Below the pieces are notes generated by a model that worked only from the letters and a program-made list of their open reading frames with translations, ran no database searches and was not told the origin of the DNA. This document shows positions 8,335 to 16,572 of a DNA stretch of 32,000 nt, in pieces. Source of the stretch: Thermoproteus tenax Kra 1 (GTDB lineage Archaea; Thermoproteota; Thermoprotei; Thermoproteales; Thermoproteaceae); contig NC_016070.1 of assembly GCF_000253055.1 (NCBI RefSeq), positions 180,001-212,000 of the forward strand, in the 5' to 3' direction. The position numbers were made by a program, and so were the translations under genes. Each line of letters opens with the position of its first letter. Within the stretch, counting starts at the first letter, position 1.

Positions 8335-9065
8335 GGCCTCTGTTGGAGGCGGCGAGAGGGAGGTTGAGCGACAGGAGGGTCATAGCCGTTGTAGCAGGTA
8401 AGGGCGGAGTGGGCAAGAGCATCGTGGCGGCCCTCCTGGCCCTTAAACGCCGGGCCCCCCTCGTGGATTTGGACCTCTTCGGCATGGCCGTCCCGAGGCT
8501 CTTCGGTTTGACGGGCAGACTACACGAGGTCGGCAAAGAGGGCATTGAGCCGCTCCAGGTGGGCGGGATCAAGATATTCAGCCTCGGCGGAATCGTCGGA
8601 GATAGGTACGTGGTGTTGCCTGGGTCTAACCAGGGCGGCATCGTGGAGGCGTTGCTCGCCTTCCTCAAGCTAGGGCCTGAGGACAGAGAGGTGGTCGTGG
8701 ATATGCCCCCCGGCATGGGCGAGGAGCTCCTGAGCTTGAGCAGAGTCACTAAATTCACACCGGTGGTGGTCTCGACGCCCTCGGCCGCCTCATACGGCGT
8801 TGTGAAGAACTTGGTGGACTACTTGGGGGAGATAGGCTTGAGGCCCGCGGCGGTGGCCCTCAACATGGCCTATGTCGAATGCGGCGGGCAGAAGGTCTAC
8901 CCATTCGGCTCAGGCGAGCGCGTGAGGATACTCGCCGAAAGTCTCGGCGTGCCCCTAGTGGAGATCCCCATAGAGCCTAGGCTGGAGGAGTACATAGGGA
9001 GGATCCACGAGTACAGAGGCCCTCTGGCTGACGCAGTGGGGAGGCTCTCGGAGGCTATCCGTTAG
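8331..9065 (+). CDS. Mrp/MinD-family P-loop ATPase, probable HypB-equivalent nickel-insertion partner of HypA
   Basis: Deviant Walker A VVAGKGGVGKS. ATG 8331 forms an ATGA overlap with the hypA stop. The CxxC Fe-S motif of ApbC/Nbp35-type Mrp proteins is missing (only ECGGQ is present). Thermococcales use an Mrp/MinD-type ATPase in place of the GTPase HypB. Confidence 0.7.
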   Translation: MRPLLEAARGRLSDRRVIAVVAGKGGVGKSIVAALLALKRRAPLVDLDLFGMAVPRLFGLTGRLHEVGKEGIEPLQVGGIKIFSLGGIVGDRYVVLPGSNQGGIVEALLAFLKLGPEDREVVVDMPPGMGEELLSLSRVTKFTPVVVSTPSAASYGVVKNLVDYLGEIGLRPAAVALNMAYVECGGQKVYPFGSGERVRILAESLGVPLVEIPIEPRLEEYIGRIHEYRGPLADAVGRLSEAIR

Positions 9066-10257
9066 CCCTCCACTGCTCTTGTTCATATCTATCTCGTAGA
9101 ATGGATCTGGCCGCGCTCTCCTCGCCTAAATAGAAGGCGTGCTCCGGCAGAAGCTTCGCGGCCTCTCTCCTCAGCGTCGCGCGGTCGGCGCTTAGGATGC
9201 GCCAGAGGACGCCGTCGGGCGTATAGTGGCTGATCGAGTCGCCGGCCAAGACGAAATTGCCGCGGGGGTCGTAGACCTCCCGTGAGTAGGCCGCGCGCCA
9301 CTCCCTCTCCACAACTCCTTGGGCCAGATCGAGGGACTCCTCGGATATATGCGCTATCATCACGTAGGTCAACAAGCCTGGCTCGAGCCCCTCCCTTGCG
9401 GCCGCAGAGCGCAAGGCCTCCTCTGCGTCAGCCAAGTCGCGGGGCCAGACGTTGACGACATCGTAGTCGCCGAGATATATCGCGGCGTTTAGGTAGCGCC
9501 CGTGCCTCCATACAAGTGCGCCAAGACAAGGGGGTCTCGTCTCGCCGGAGGCCAGCGCCGCGCCTCCGCACGTCCGGCGCACATCTCCCGGCCCCTCCCT
9601 CCTTGGGGCTCCGAAGACCCCCAACTGGGCGACTATGGGGGCCTTGAGGCCCGCCTCCCAACCCCCGTAGGTCATAACATAGTCCAACACCTTTATCCAT
9701 AGATATCGCGGCGATGTGTCGTAGACTATGCCCCAGCCGGCGGGCGCGGGAGATCCCAGAGTCCGCCTCGGCGGTTGGAGCGCCACCTCTATCTTTTCTC
9801 TGGGCCCCCTCGGCTTGTACCTCCTCCTTATCTCCTCGGCGAGCGCCGCCTCGTCCCCGTAGAGGTCCCTCAGATCTAAAACTTCGACGCCCAACTGAGA
9901 GAGAACCTCGCAGGGCACCCTAGCCCATTCGCCGCACCGCCCCCTGAGGGCCTCTATTAGGGCCTCGCCGGACTTTGTGAGGTCGGGCCCGTAGACTATG
10001 ACGAGGTCTATCCTCAGACGCCTGGAGGCCAAGTCGGCCAATATATAGTTTACGCCGTCTTTGCTGTAGAGGGAGCTCGCGAGAGCTACCATATTTCTCA
10101 CATCTGGGGGAAGCCTCTGGAGGATCTCCTCGGGCTTTGCCCAGAGCGTGATCAAGGCGATGTTGCTCTCGGCGTTGATCTCAATCACGTAGTCTGGAGA
10201 GACGGAGTATTTGAGCCCACCCGCCGGCGATCTATATAGCTCGGCGATATGGCACAA
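9055..10257 (-). CDS. Conserved hypothetical multidomain protein (N-terminal MtrA-like region, central ThyA-fold-like region, C-terminal DUF4346-like tail; tentative)
   Basis: 400-aa ORF with protein-like composition. Segment GVNYILADLASRRLRIDLVIVYGPDLTKSGEALIEAL recalls the MtrA-like domain. The C-terminal DPRGNFVLAGDSISHY recalls DUF4346. These assignments come from memory of the family signatures only. Confidence 0.45.
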   Translation of the reverse strand: MCHIAELYRSPAGGLKYSVSPDYVIEINAESNIALITLWAKPEEILQRLPPDVRNMVALASSLYSKDGVNYILADLASRRLRIDLVIVYGPDLTKSGEALIEALRGRCGEWARVPCEVLSQLGVEVLDLRDLYGDEAALAEEIRRRYKPRGPREKIEVALQPPRRTLGSPAPAGWGIVYDTSPRYLWIKVLDYVMTYGGWEAGLKAPIVAQLGVFGAPRREGPGDVRRTCGGAALASGETRPPCLGALVWRHGRYLNAAIYLGDYDVVNVWPRDLADAEEALRSAAAREGLEPGLLTYVMIAHISEESLDLAQGVVEREWRAAYSREVYDPRGNFVLAGDSISHYTPDGVLWRILSADRATLRREAAKLLPEHAFYLGEESAARSILRDRYEQEQWRANG

Positions 10258-10268
10258 TGTTTATATAG

Positions 10269-11873
10269 ATGGGGGTTCACCCCACTTATGCCGGGGATCG
10301 GGTCCAAGTTCTCGACACGACGTTGAGAGACGGCGCACAGGGCGCCAGCGTCTCCTTCACGCTAAAGGACAAGATAGCCATCGCGTTGAAGCTCGACGAG
10401 TTGGGCGTAGACTATATAGAGGGAGGCTGGCCCTACTCGAATCCTAAGGACTATGAATTCTTCAGGTCTATCAAGGAGTACGGCCTCAGAGCCAAGGTGG
10501 CGGCCTTCGGGAGCACTAGGAGGAAGGGCGTGAGGCCCGACAAAGACGAGAATTTAAACTCCATAGTGAAGGCCGATGTCCAGGCCGCAGTGATATTCGG
10601 CAAGTCCTGGACGCTCCACGTGAGGGAGGTGTTGGGCACTACGTGGGAGGAGAACTTGGCTATGATATCGGAGAGCGTCGAGTACCTCAAATCGCACGGC
10701 ATGGAGGTGGTCTACGACGCCGAACACTTCTTCCAAGGATACCAGGAGGACCCGGAGATGGCTCTGGCCTCCATAGAGGCCGCGTGGAGGGCCGGGGCCA
10801 GCGTGATCGCTCTAGCTGACACCAACGGCGGAACTCCCCCCAGCGAGATCTACAGAATAGTCCAGGAGGTGAAGAGGAGGTTCCCCGCCATGCCCCTCGG
10901 CGCCCACATGCACAACGACATAGGATGCGCCGTAGCCAACACGCTGATGGCTGTGGCGGCAGGCGCCAGACATGTGCAGGGGACTATAAACGGGATAGGC
11001 GAGCGCACTGGAAACGCCGATCTCACGGCCGTCCTGCCAACGTTGGAGCTGAAGATGGGCTTCAAGGTCTTGAGGGAGGAGCCCCCGCAGATCAAGTTCG
11101 GCAGATTGAGGGAGGTATCGCGCCTAGTGTACGAGGTCTTGAACGTGCAGCCGAACCCCTACCAGCCCTACGTGGGCGACTTCGCCTTTGCCCACAAGGG
11201 CGGAGTCCACGCAGACGCCGTCATGAAGGTCCCAAGGGCGTATGAGCATATAGACCCCGAGCTGGTCGGAAACAGGAGAGTCATTGTAGTCTCTGAGATG
11301 GCCGGAGGGGCTAGCTTGGCGCTCAGATTGAGCGAGTTGGGCATATCTGCCGAGAAGAGGGATCCGAGGCTCAAGGCAGCTCTGGAGGAGATAAAGAGGC
11401 TGGAGAGAGAGGGCTACTCCTTCGACGTGGGACCTGCGTCGGCCGAGCTCATAGTGTTAAAGCACTTGGGCCTCTACCGAGAGATGTTCAAGCTGAAGGA
11501 GTGGCGCGTTATCACCGGCCCCACGAGCGCCTCATATGCAGTGGTCAAAGTGGCCATCGGGGGGATAGACTACGTCGAGGGCGCCGAGGGCGTGGGGCCT
11601 GTTCACGCGGTCGATATGGCTCTGAGGAAGGCGCTCGCCAAGGCGTTCCCAGACCTCCAGAGGGTCGCTCTAAGGGACTATAAAGTCATTCTGCCGACGC
11701 TCGTGAAGAACACCGAGAGCGTAGTCAGAGTCACCGTGGAGTTCTCCGACGGTTCAAGAGTCTGGAGGACGGTGGGAGTTTCGACAAACGTCGTTGAGGC
11801 GTCGGTCAAAGCGCTGGCCGACGGCTTGGACTACTATCTACAGGTGGCCTCCTTGGCTGTTGCAAAAATCTAG
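10269..11873 (+). CDS. cimA: (R)-citramalate synthase / 2-isopropylmalate synthase family enzyme
   Basis: Motifs VLDTTLRDGAQ, IEGGWPYSNPKD, HMHNDIGCAVANT and GERTGNADL, plus a C-terminal LeuA-dimer-like regulatory domain. At 534 aa the GWP..NPKD signature favours the CimA-type branch. Confidence 0.8.
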   Translation: MGVHPTYAGDRVQVLDTTLRDGAQGASVSFTLKDKIAIALKLDELGVDYIEGGWPYSNPKDYEFFRSIKEYGLRAKVAAFGSTRRKGVRPDKDENLNSIVKADVQAAVIFGKSWTLHVREVLGTTWEENLAMISESVEYLKSHGMEVVYDAEHFFQGYQEDPEMALASIEAAWRAGASVIALADTNGGTPPSEIYRIVQEVKRRFPAMPLGAHMHNDIGCAVANTLMAVAAGARHVQGTINGIGERTGNADLTAVLPTLELKMGFKVLREEPPQIKFGRLREVSRLVYEVLNVQPNPYQPYVGDFAFAHKGGVHADAVMKVPRAYEHIDPELVGNRRVIVVSEMAGGASLALRLSELGISAEKRDPRLKAALEEIKRLEREGYSFDVGPASAELIVLKHLGLYREMFKLKEWRVITGPTSASYAVVKVAIGGIDYVEGAEGVGPVHAVDMALRKALAKAFPDLQRVALRDYKVILPTLVKNTESVVRVTVEFSDGSRVWRTVGVSTNVVEASVKALADGLDYYLQVASLAVAKI

Positions 11874-11942
11874 ACTCAACTATAATTTTAGATAACAATG
11901 AATTACTGCATAGAATATTTTTACTATTTACAAAGTACTTTC

Positions 11943-11955
11943 AAAATATTTAAAA
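11943..11955 (+). promoter_or_regulatory. TATA box for nuoJ unit
   Basis: AAAATATTTAAAA is centred ~27 nt upstream of ATG 11976, within a 100-bp AT-rich spacer. Confidence 0.6.
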
Positions 11956-11975
11956 CGAGGCGTAGTGGGCTCACT

Positions 11976-12374
11976 ATGGAGGTTCTATTCTTAATCTTAT
12001 CAATACTGGGGACGACCGCGATACTCATCACCAGGGACAACGTCCTCGCCGCTTTTTCTCTACTGGGTATAGGGATCGCCGTGGCGGGCTACGCAGCGGC
12101 CATGGGGTTGCCGGCGCTCTTCCTGTTGGTGGCCCTAGCCTATATCGCCTCGGCGTTAGTCCTTGTCATAGTCGCCGCCGCTGCCATTTCGGAGGACAAG
12201 GTTAAGACGAGGCTGACGCCGTACGCGGCGCTGCCACTCTTGCTTCTGTTTGCGTTGTTGCTCCCGGAGGGCCCCACCCTTAAGGCGGCTTTGCCGGACT
12301 CCCAAGTTCTCTACCCGTCGGCGGCCTTCATCCTCTTTATGTTGTTAATAGCAGTTGAGCTGGCCAGGAGATGA
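11976..12374 (+). CDS. nuoJ: Complex I-like subunit J (NuoJ/ND6-like)
   Basis: 132-aa hydrophobic protein starting at ATG 11976 (MEVLFLIL...). The C-terminus FMLLIAVELARR resembles the NuoJ terminus. It is ATGA-coupled to the nuoK-like gene. Confidence 0.6.
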   Translation: MEVLFLILSILGTTAILITRDNVLAAFSLLGIGIAVAGYAAAMGLPALFLLVALAYIASALVLVIVAAAAISEDKVKTRLTPYAALPLLLLFALLLPEGPTLKAALPDSQVLYPSAAFILFMLLIAVELARR

Positions 12375-12589
12375 CGCTCGCCCTCCTGCTCATAGCCCTC
12401 GGCTTGATAGTGATAATGGCGTCGAGAGATAGAATCAGGACGATAATAGGCGCCGAGCTGGCCGTGCTTGGGGCTATAGCGGCGGCCATAAGCTCGGGCG
12501 ATGCGAACATGGCGGCCGTCGCGTCGGCCGTGGGAGTCGCAGACACGCTCATGCTAGTGGCCGCCGCCTTCAAGCTGAGCCATGATTGA
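12371..12589 (+). CDS. nuoK: Complex I-like subunit K (NuoK/ND4L-like), short form
   Basis: 72 aa with 3 predicted TM helices. SRDRIRTIIGAELAVLGAI resembles the NuoK TM2 region with its conserved Glu. It has an ATGA overlap with nuoJ and an 8-nt overlap with the next gene. Confidence 0.6.
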   Translation: MTLALLLIALGLIVIMASRDRIRTIIGAELAVLGAIAAAISSGDANMAAVASAVGVADTLMLVAAAFKLSHD

Positions 12590-13823
12590 CGCGCTGATCT
12601 TCATAGGCGTAGTAGCACTGGCTTTATTGGGGCTTAGGCTGGGCCTGGCGCCCTCCCTGGCCTCAGTCGCTCTGTCGTTGCTCCTGTTGGGCAGAGAGAT
12701 CGACATACCGCCGTTGCCATATATCGGAGCCGCCAAGATGTACTTCGGCGGTCTCGCCGAGCCGTTTATAGCGACTACTGCCGCATTGGGCGTGTTAGTC
12801 CTCGTCTACTCTAGGGAGTACGCCAGACACCACGGATACGGGCCTTGGTTCTACGGCGTATTGGCTCTATACGTGATCTCTCTGGAGCTGATACCGGCGT
12901 TCGACAATCTGATATACGTCTTTATAGCGCTGGAGCTGGCCGTTATCACCAGCTTTATCTTGATCTATTATTTTGGGTACGGCGACAGGAGGAGGATAGG
13001 CCTTATGTACTTTATATGGTCCCAGATAGGCTCTATAGCCTTCCTAATAGGCGCCGCGCTGTCCGGGGCCTTCCTACCGCCCTACACCCTCGCCTTGCTT
13101 CCAGCCTCCTTGGCGGTGTTGGGCCTCCTCGTGAAGATGGGCACAGCCGGAGTGCACTTCTGGCTCCCCTACGCACACGCCGAGGCTCCAACCCCGCTCT
13201 CAGCTCTGCTGTCGCCGATCCACGTGGGGCTCATGTCGTATTGGCTCTACCTCCTCCTCCCCGCCACTCCTCTGCCGGCCCGCGACCTTGCCCTCTACGG
13301 GGCAGCAACCGCCATCTACGGCTCATTGCTCGTGTTCAGAGAGCTCGACCTAAAGAGGGCCCTCGCGGATTCCACGATAGCCAACATGGGCCTCCTGGTC
13401 GTGGCTGCAGCGCTGCGCGACTACAGCGCCGTCGTATTGTTGTTCGTTGGACACGCCCTGGCCAAGGCCGCCATGTTCATGGTGTCAGGCATAGGCATAA
13501 CCACTCAGAACGAGAGGAGGTTGGGCTATATGAAATTGGATAGATGGACCTTCGTGGGCTCGGCCTTGGGGCTAGTGGCCCTCGCCGGCGTTTTCGGGAT
13601 AACCCTCGTGGGCAAGGCCCTTCTGGCCGTGTCCTCGCCCAGCTCTCTGGCGCCCGCGCTCTATCTCGCTCTGTTTGCCACTGCGGTCTACAACTTCTAT
13701 ATCTTTGACAGACTGTACAGAGTGGGCAAGTCGGAGGTCGCCGCGCCGGTCTCCATGGCCGTGCCCATGATCTTGGCGTCAGCGCTTCCCTACGTCCTCT
13801 TGCTGGCGGCGCCATGGATATAG
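12582..13823 (+). CDS. nuoM: Complex I-like antiporter-type subunit (NuoM/ND4-like)
   Basis: 413-aa polytopic protein. Motif HFWLPYAHAEAPTPLSALLSP is typical of the Mrp/NuoLMN proton-conducting family. Confidence 0.7.
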   Translation: MIDALIFIGVVALALLGLRLGLAPSLASVALSLLLLGREIDIPPLPYIGAAKMYFGGLAEPFIATTAALGVLVLVYSREYARHHGYGPWFYGVLALYVISLELIPAFDNLIYVFIALELAVITSFILIYYFGYGDRRRIGLMYFIWSQIGSIAFLIGAALSGAFLPPYTLALLPASLAVLGLLVKMGTAGVHFWLPYAHAEAPTPLSALLSPIHVGLMSYWLYLLLPATPLPARDLALYGAATAIYGSLLVFRELDLKRALADSTIANMGLLVVAAALRDYSAVVLLFVGHALAKAAMFMVSGIGITTQNERRLGYMKLDRWTFVGSALGLVALAGVFGITLVGKALLAVSSPSSLAPALYLALFATAVYNFYIFDRLYRVGKSEVAAPVSMAVPMILASALPYVLLLAAPWI

Positions 13824-15379
13824 CCCCGATACTCCCCTTCGTCGGAGCCGCCGTAGACTCTTTAACTAAAAGGGGCGCCGGCGCAGTGGCCGTCGCCGCG
13901 ATTCTGACGGCTCTCTCGGGCCTGGGGAACAGTCTCCTGTTCCTCCTGAACTCCGTGTTTCTGCTCACTGCGCTGTACTCCCTCTGGTATGTCAGGGACG
14001 TGGAGAGGCCCGGCTGGTATTGGGCTTGGCTCGACGTCTTCTACGGCTCTATGTACTTGTTCTTGACTACAAACAACTGGTTGGCCCTTGTGGCCGCGTG
14101 GGGAGGCCTAGACGCGGCGAGCTGGGCCCTCATATTGACCTACCCCGAGGACAGGGATGTGGGAAGGGTGGGCTACGGAGGGGTCGGCAAATACGCCAAG
14201 TGGATCTGGACGCCCGCAGACTCCGCGATGAGGGCCATAGTGACTGTGGAGCTCGGCACAGCCGCTCTGGCTGTAGGCATGGCCCTCGGCGCATCGCTGT
14301 ATGGCCCCGACATCACCAGGTGGGGCCCGCTGCCGCCCACAGCCTCAGCGCTCATCTTGTTGGCCGCTTTCGTTAAAGCCGCCCAACTGCCCTTTACAGA
14401 CTGGCTCATGACCGCCATGTCTGCCCCGACTCCAGTATCGGCGTTGCTCCACAGCGCGACTATGGTCGCCGCAGGCCCCATACTCTTGATAAGGCTCGCC
14501 CCGGCACTGGCCTCCTATTGGCCCTATGCCCTCATCGTAGGCCTCGCCACGGCCATCTACGGAGGAGTGGTGGCTATATGGCAGAGGGAGCCCAAGGTGC
14601 TGCTCGCCTCATCCACCGCGTCCTATCTGGGCCTCGCTACAGCCTTCTCTCTGGCGAGCCCCGCCGCCGCGGCCGCCCTAATAATGATGCACGGCTTTGC
14701 CAAGGCCTCTCTGTTTATGGCTGTAGGAGAGTCGATACACCACGAGGGCACGAGGTTCCCCAAGTCTTACACTCTATTGGGCAAGGCTGCTATGGCGCTC
14801 GCTCTGGCGTCCCTCCTGGGCTTCCTCCCCTTAGGCGCTTACGCTAAATCCCAACTGCCGGAGTGGGAGACCGCCTTCTCCCTCTTGAGCGCGGGCTACA
14901 TAGGGATTCTACTCCTCCGCTCCCGCACTGAGGGCCTCGGAGGCCCTATGTCCGCGCTCGCCTTGATCTCAGCCGCCCTGGAGCTTCTACACGCCCCAAT
15001 CGCTCCCAGCCCCATCTGGCTTCTCGCTTTACTCGGGCTCTTGCTCTACATGAGGCCCCACGTAGGTCCCCTTGAGAGGAGGCTCTACCTCCCGGCACTC
15101 TTCTCGGCGGTTGGGAGAGGCCTCCTCGCGCTCGCCCTAGCGGTGGCCAGACTCGACTCCTTGATAGACAGAGGCCTCCTCGCATCGCCGCGCGGGTGGT
15201 ACAGGCTTGCGAGGGCAGTGGCAGCGTTGGACGGAGCGGCGGATAGCCTCCTCCACATGCGCTTCGTTGACGCCGTGAGGAGGATATCGACGTACTTCTC
15301 GAGCGTTGACGTCGAAGTGTACCTCTACGGCTTGGGCGCCGCCGCGCTCGCAGTATTCGTGGTGTTGGTAGTGATATGA
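13814..15379 (+). CDS. nuoL: Complex I-like antiporter-type subunit L (NuoL/ND5-like)
   Basis: LPFTDWLMTAMSAPTPVSALLHSATMVAAGPILLIRL is the classic NuoL motif. A C-terminal amphipathic stretch followed by a final TM helix (…YLYGLGAAALAVFVVLVVI) fits the lateral helix HL plus anchor. Confidence 0.8.
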   Translation: MDIAPILPFVGAAVDSLTKRGAGAVAVAAILTALSGLGNSLLFLLNSVFLLTALYSLWYVRDVERPGWYWAWLDVFYGSMYLFLTTNNWLALVAAWGGLDAASWALILTYPEDRDVGRVGYGGVGKYAKWIWTPADSAMRAIVTVELGTAALAVGMALGASLYGPDITRWGPLPPTASALILLAAFVKAAQLPFTDWLMTAMSAPTPVSALLHSATMVAAGPILLIRLAPALASYWPYALIVGLATAIYGGVVAIWQREPKVLLASSTASYLGLATAFSLASPAAAAALIMMHGFAKASLFMAVGESIHHEGTRFPKSYTLLGKAAMALALASLLGFLPLGAYAKSQLPEWETAFSLLSAGYIGILLLRSRTEGLGGPMSALALISAALELLHAPIAPSPIWLLALLGLLLYMRPHVGPLERRLYLPALFSAVGRGLLALALAVARLDSLIDRGLLASPRGWYRLARAVAALDGAADSLLHMRFVDAVRRISTYFSSVDVEVYLYGLGAAALAVFVVLVVI

Positions 15380-16476
15380 TCGGCCCGCTCCTCCCGACCT
15401 ATGTGTTTTTGCGTAGGGCGGCCAAATCTGGGGCACTGGCGCTGGCCTTGGACGTGGCCGTCTTCGCATACGCAGGCTACCTCTTGCTCTCAAGATCCCC
15501 TCTCTTGGTCGCGCTCGCGGCGCCCTACGTCATCGCCCCCCTCTTGGTGTCTCGGGGGCCCCTACGCGTCTACTCAGGCCTTGCCTCGGCGTTGGGCCTC
15601 CTCGGGGTCCTCCTCATGGCGCAGCCTCAGTTATACTATCAGGCCATAGGCTTCGCCATCGCCGTATCTTCGCCCGGCGCAGTCCTCGTCGCTACGCCGG
15701 ACAAGGGAAGCCTTGAGGGCCTCTTCAGATACTTCGTGGTTTCGACAGTCGCCAGCTCCCTCGTGGTGGCGGGCCTGTCGGGGGGCGGCCCGTTGGGCTC
15801 GGTGTTTGTGTTCTCGGGCATCGCGCTAGAGCTAGGGGCCTTTCCCGCCTTCTTCTGGGTACCCGACGTCTTCTCCAGAGCCTCGCCGGAGGGCTTAGTC
15901 TTGTTGTCCAGCTTGACCAAGTTGGGCGCAGCGCTCGCGTTGTCGCTTTTATCCTTCGACGTGCCTCCCTACGTTACAGTGCCCCTAGCCGCGGCCACCA
16001 TGTTGGTGGGCAACCTGGGGGCCACGACCAGCAGAGAGCCCGGCAGACTCCTCGGCTACGCCTCAGTCTACCACGCGGGTTTAGCTATAGCGGCCTACGC
16101 CTTGTATAAGCCTCTCGCCCCGTTCTTGATGTTCGCCGATGCAGTGGGCATGATGGGCTTGTTCTCCTACTTGGCCTCGCCAGGCCCCAAGTGGACTGCG
16201 TACGCGCTCGCCTTGAACCAAGTGGGAGTTCCGCCGTTGGTGGGCTTTTGGCCAAAGCTTGCGTTATTTGTGTTGGCCGCAAGGGCCAACCTCCCGCTGG
16301 CGATCTACGTTTTGGGCAACGTGGCCTGGTCAATAGTCTACTACGTCAGACTTGCGTCCTCCTTGGAGGGCGGCAGAAGGGCGCTGGCGGTGGCGCCATC
16401 TCTGTTTGCCTTGGCCTTAGGCTTGGCGGCGCCCCTCTGGCTTCTACCGCCGTTCTCTTTACTGTTGCACCATTAA
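15376..16476 (+). CDS. nuoN: Complex I-like antiporter-type subunit (NuoN/ND2-like), short
   Basis: 366-aa polytopic protein with FPAFFWVPDVFSRASPEGLVLLSSLTKLGA (NuoN-type motif). It has an ATGA overlap with nuoL. Confidence 0.65.
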   Translation: MIGPLLPTYVFLRRAAKSGALALALDVAVFAYAGYLLLSRSPLLVALAAPYVIAPLLVSRGPLRVYSGLASALGLLGVLLMAQPQLYYQAIGFAIAVSSPGAVLVATPDKGSLEGLFRYFVVSTVASSLVVAGLSGGGPLGSVFVFSGIALELGAFPAFFWVPDVFSRASPEGLVLLSSLTKLGAALALSLLSFDVPPYVTVPLAAATMLVGNLGATTSREPGRLLGYASVYHAGLAIAAYALYKPLAPFLMFADAVGMMGLFSYLASPGPKWTAYALALNQVGVPPLVGFWPKLALFVLAARANLPLAIYVLGNVAWSIVYYVRLASSLEGGRRALAVAPSLFALALGLAAPLWLLPPFSLLLHH

Positions 16477-16492
16477 AAATCATTATAATTTC

Positions 16493-16498
16493 TTTTTT
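16493..16498 (+). terminator. Oligo-T terminator after nuoN
   Basis: A T6 run lies 17 nt after the nuoN TAA stop (16474-16476) in an AT-rich spacer. Archaeal RNAP terminates at oligo-T tracts. Confidence 0.5.
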
Positions 16499-16542
16499 CA
16501 ACATAAAATATAGTCAAATTCTTCCTCAATAAATGAAAAAGG

Positions 16543-16552
16543 TTATTTATAG
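16543..16552 (+). promoter_or_regulatory. TATA box for the por-nuoIHABD operon (leaderless)
   Basis: TTATTTATAG is centred ~26 nt upstream of ATG 16573. Confidence 0.6.
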
Positions 16553-16572
16553 AATCCGACATAATATCTCAT

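Noticed and set aside
11898-11975. The N-terminal extension of the nuoJ ORF (MNYCIEYFYYLQSTFKIFK...).
   Set aside because: It lies in the AT-rich promoter spacer and includes the TATA box at 11943-11955. ATG 11976 is at leaderless distance from that box.
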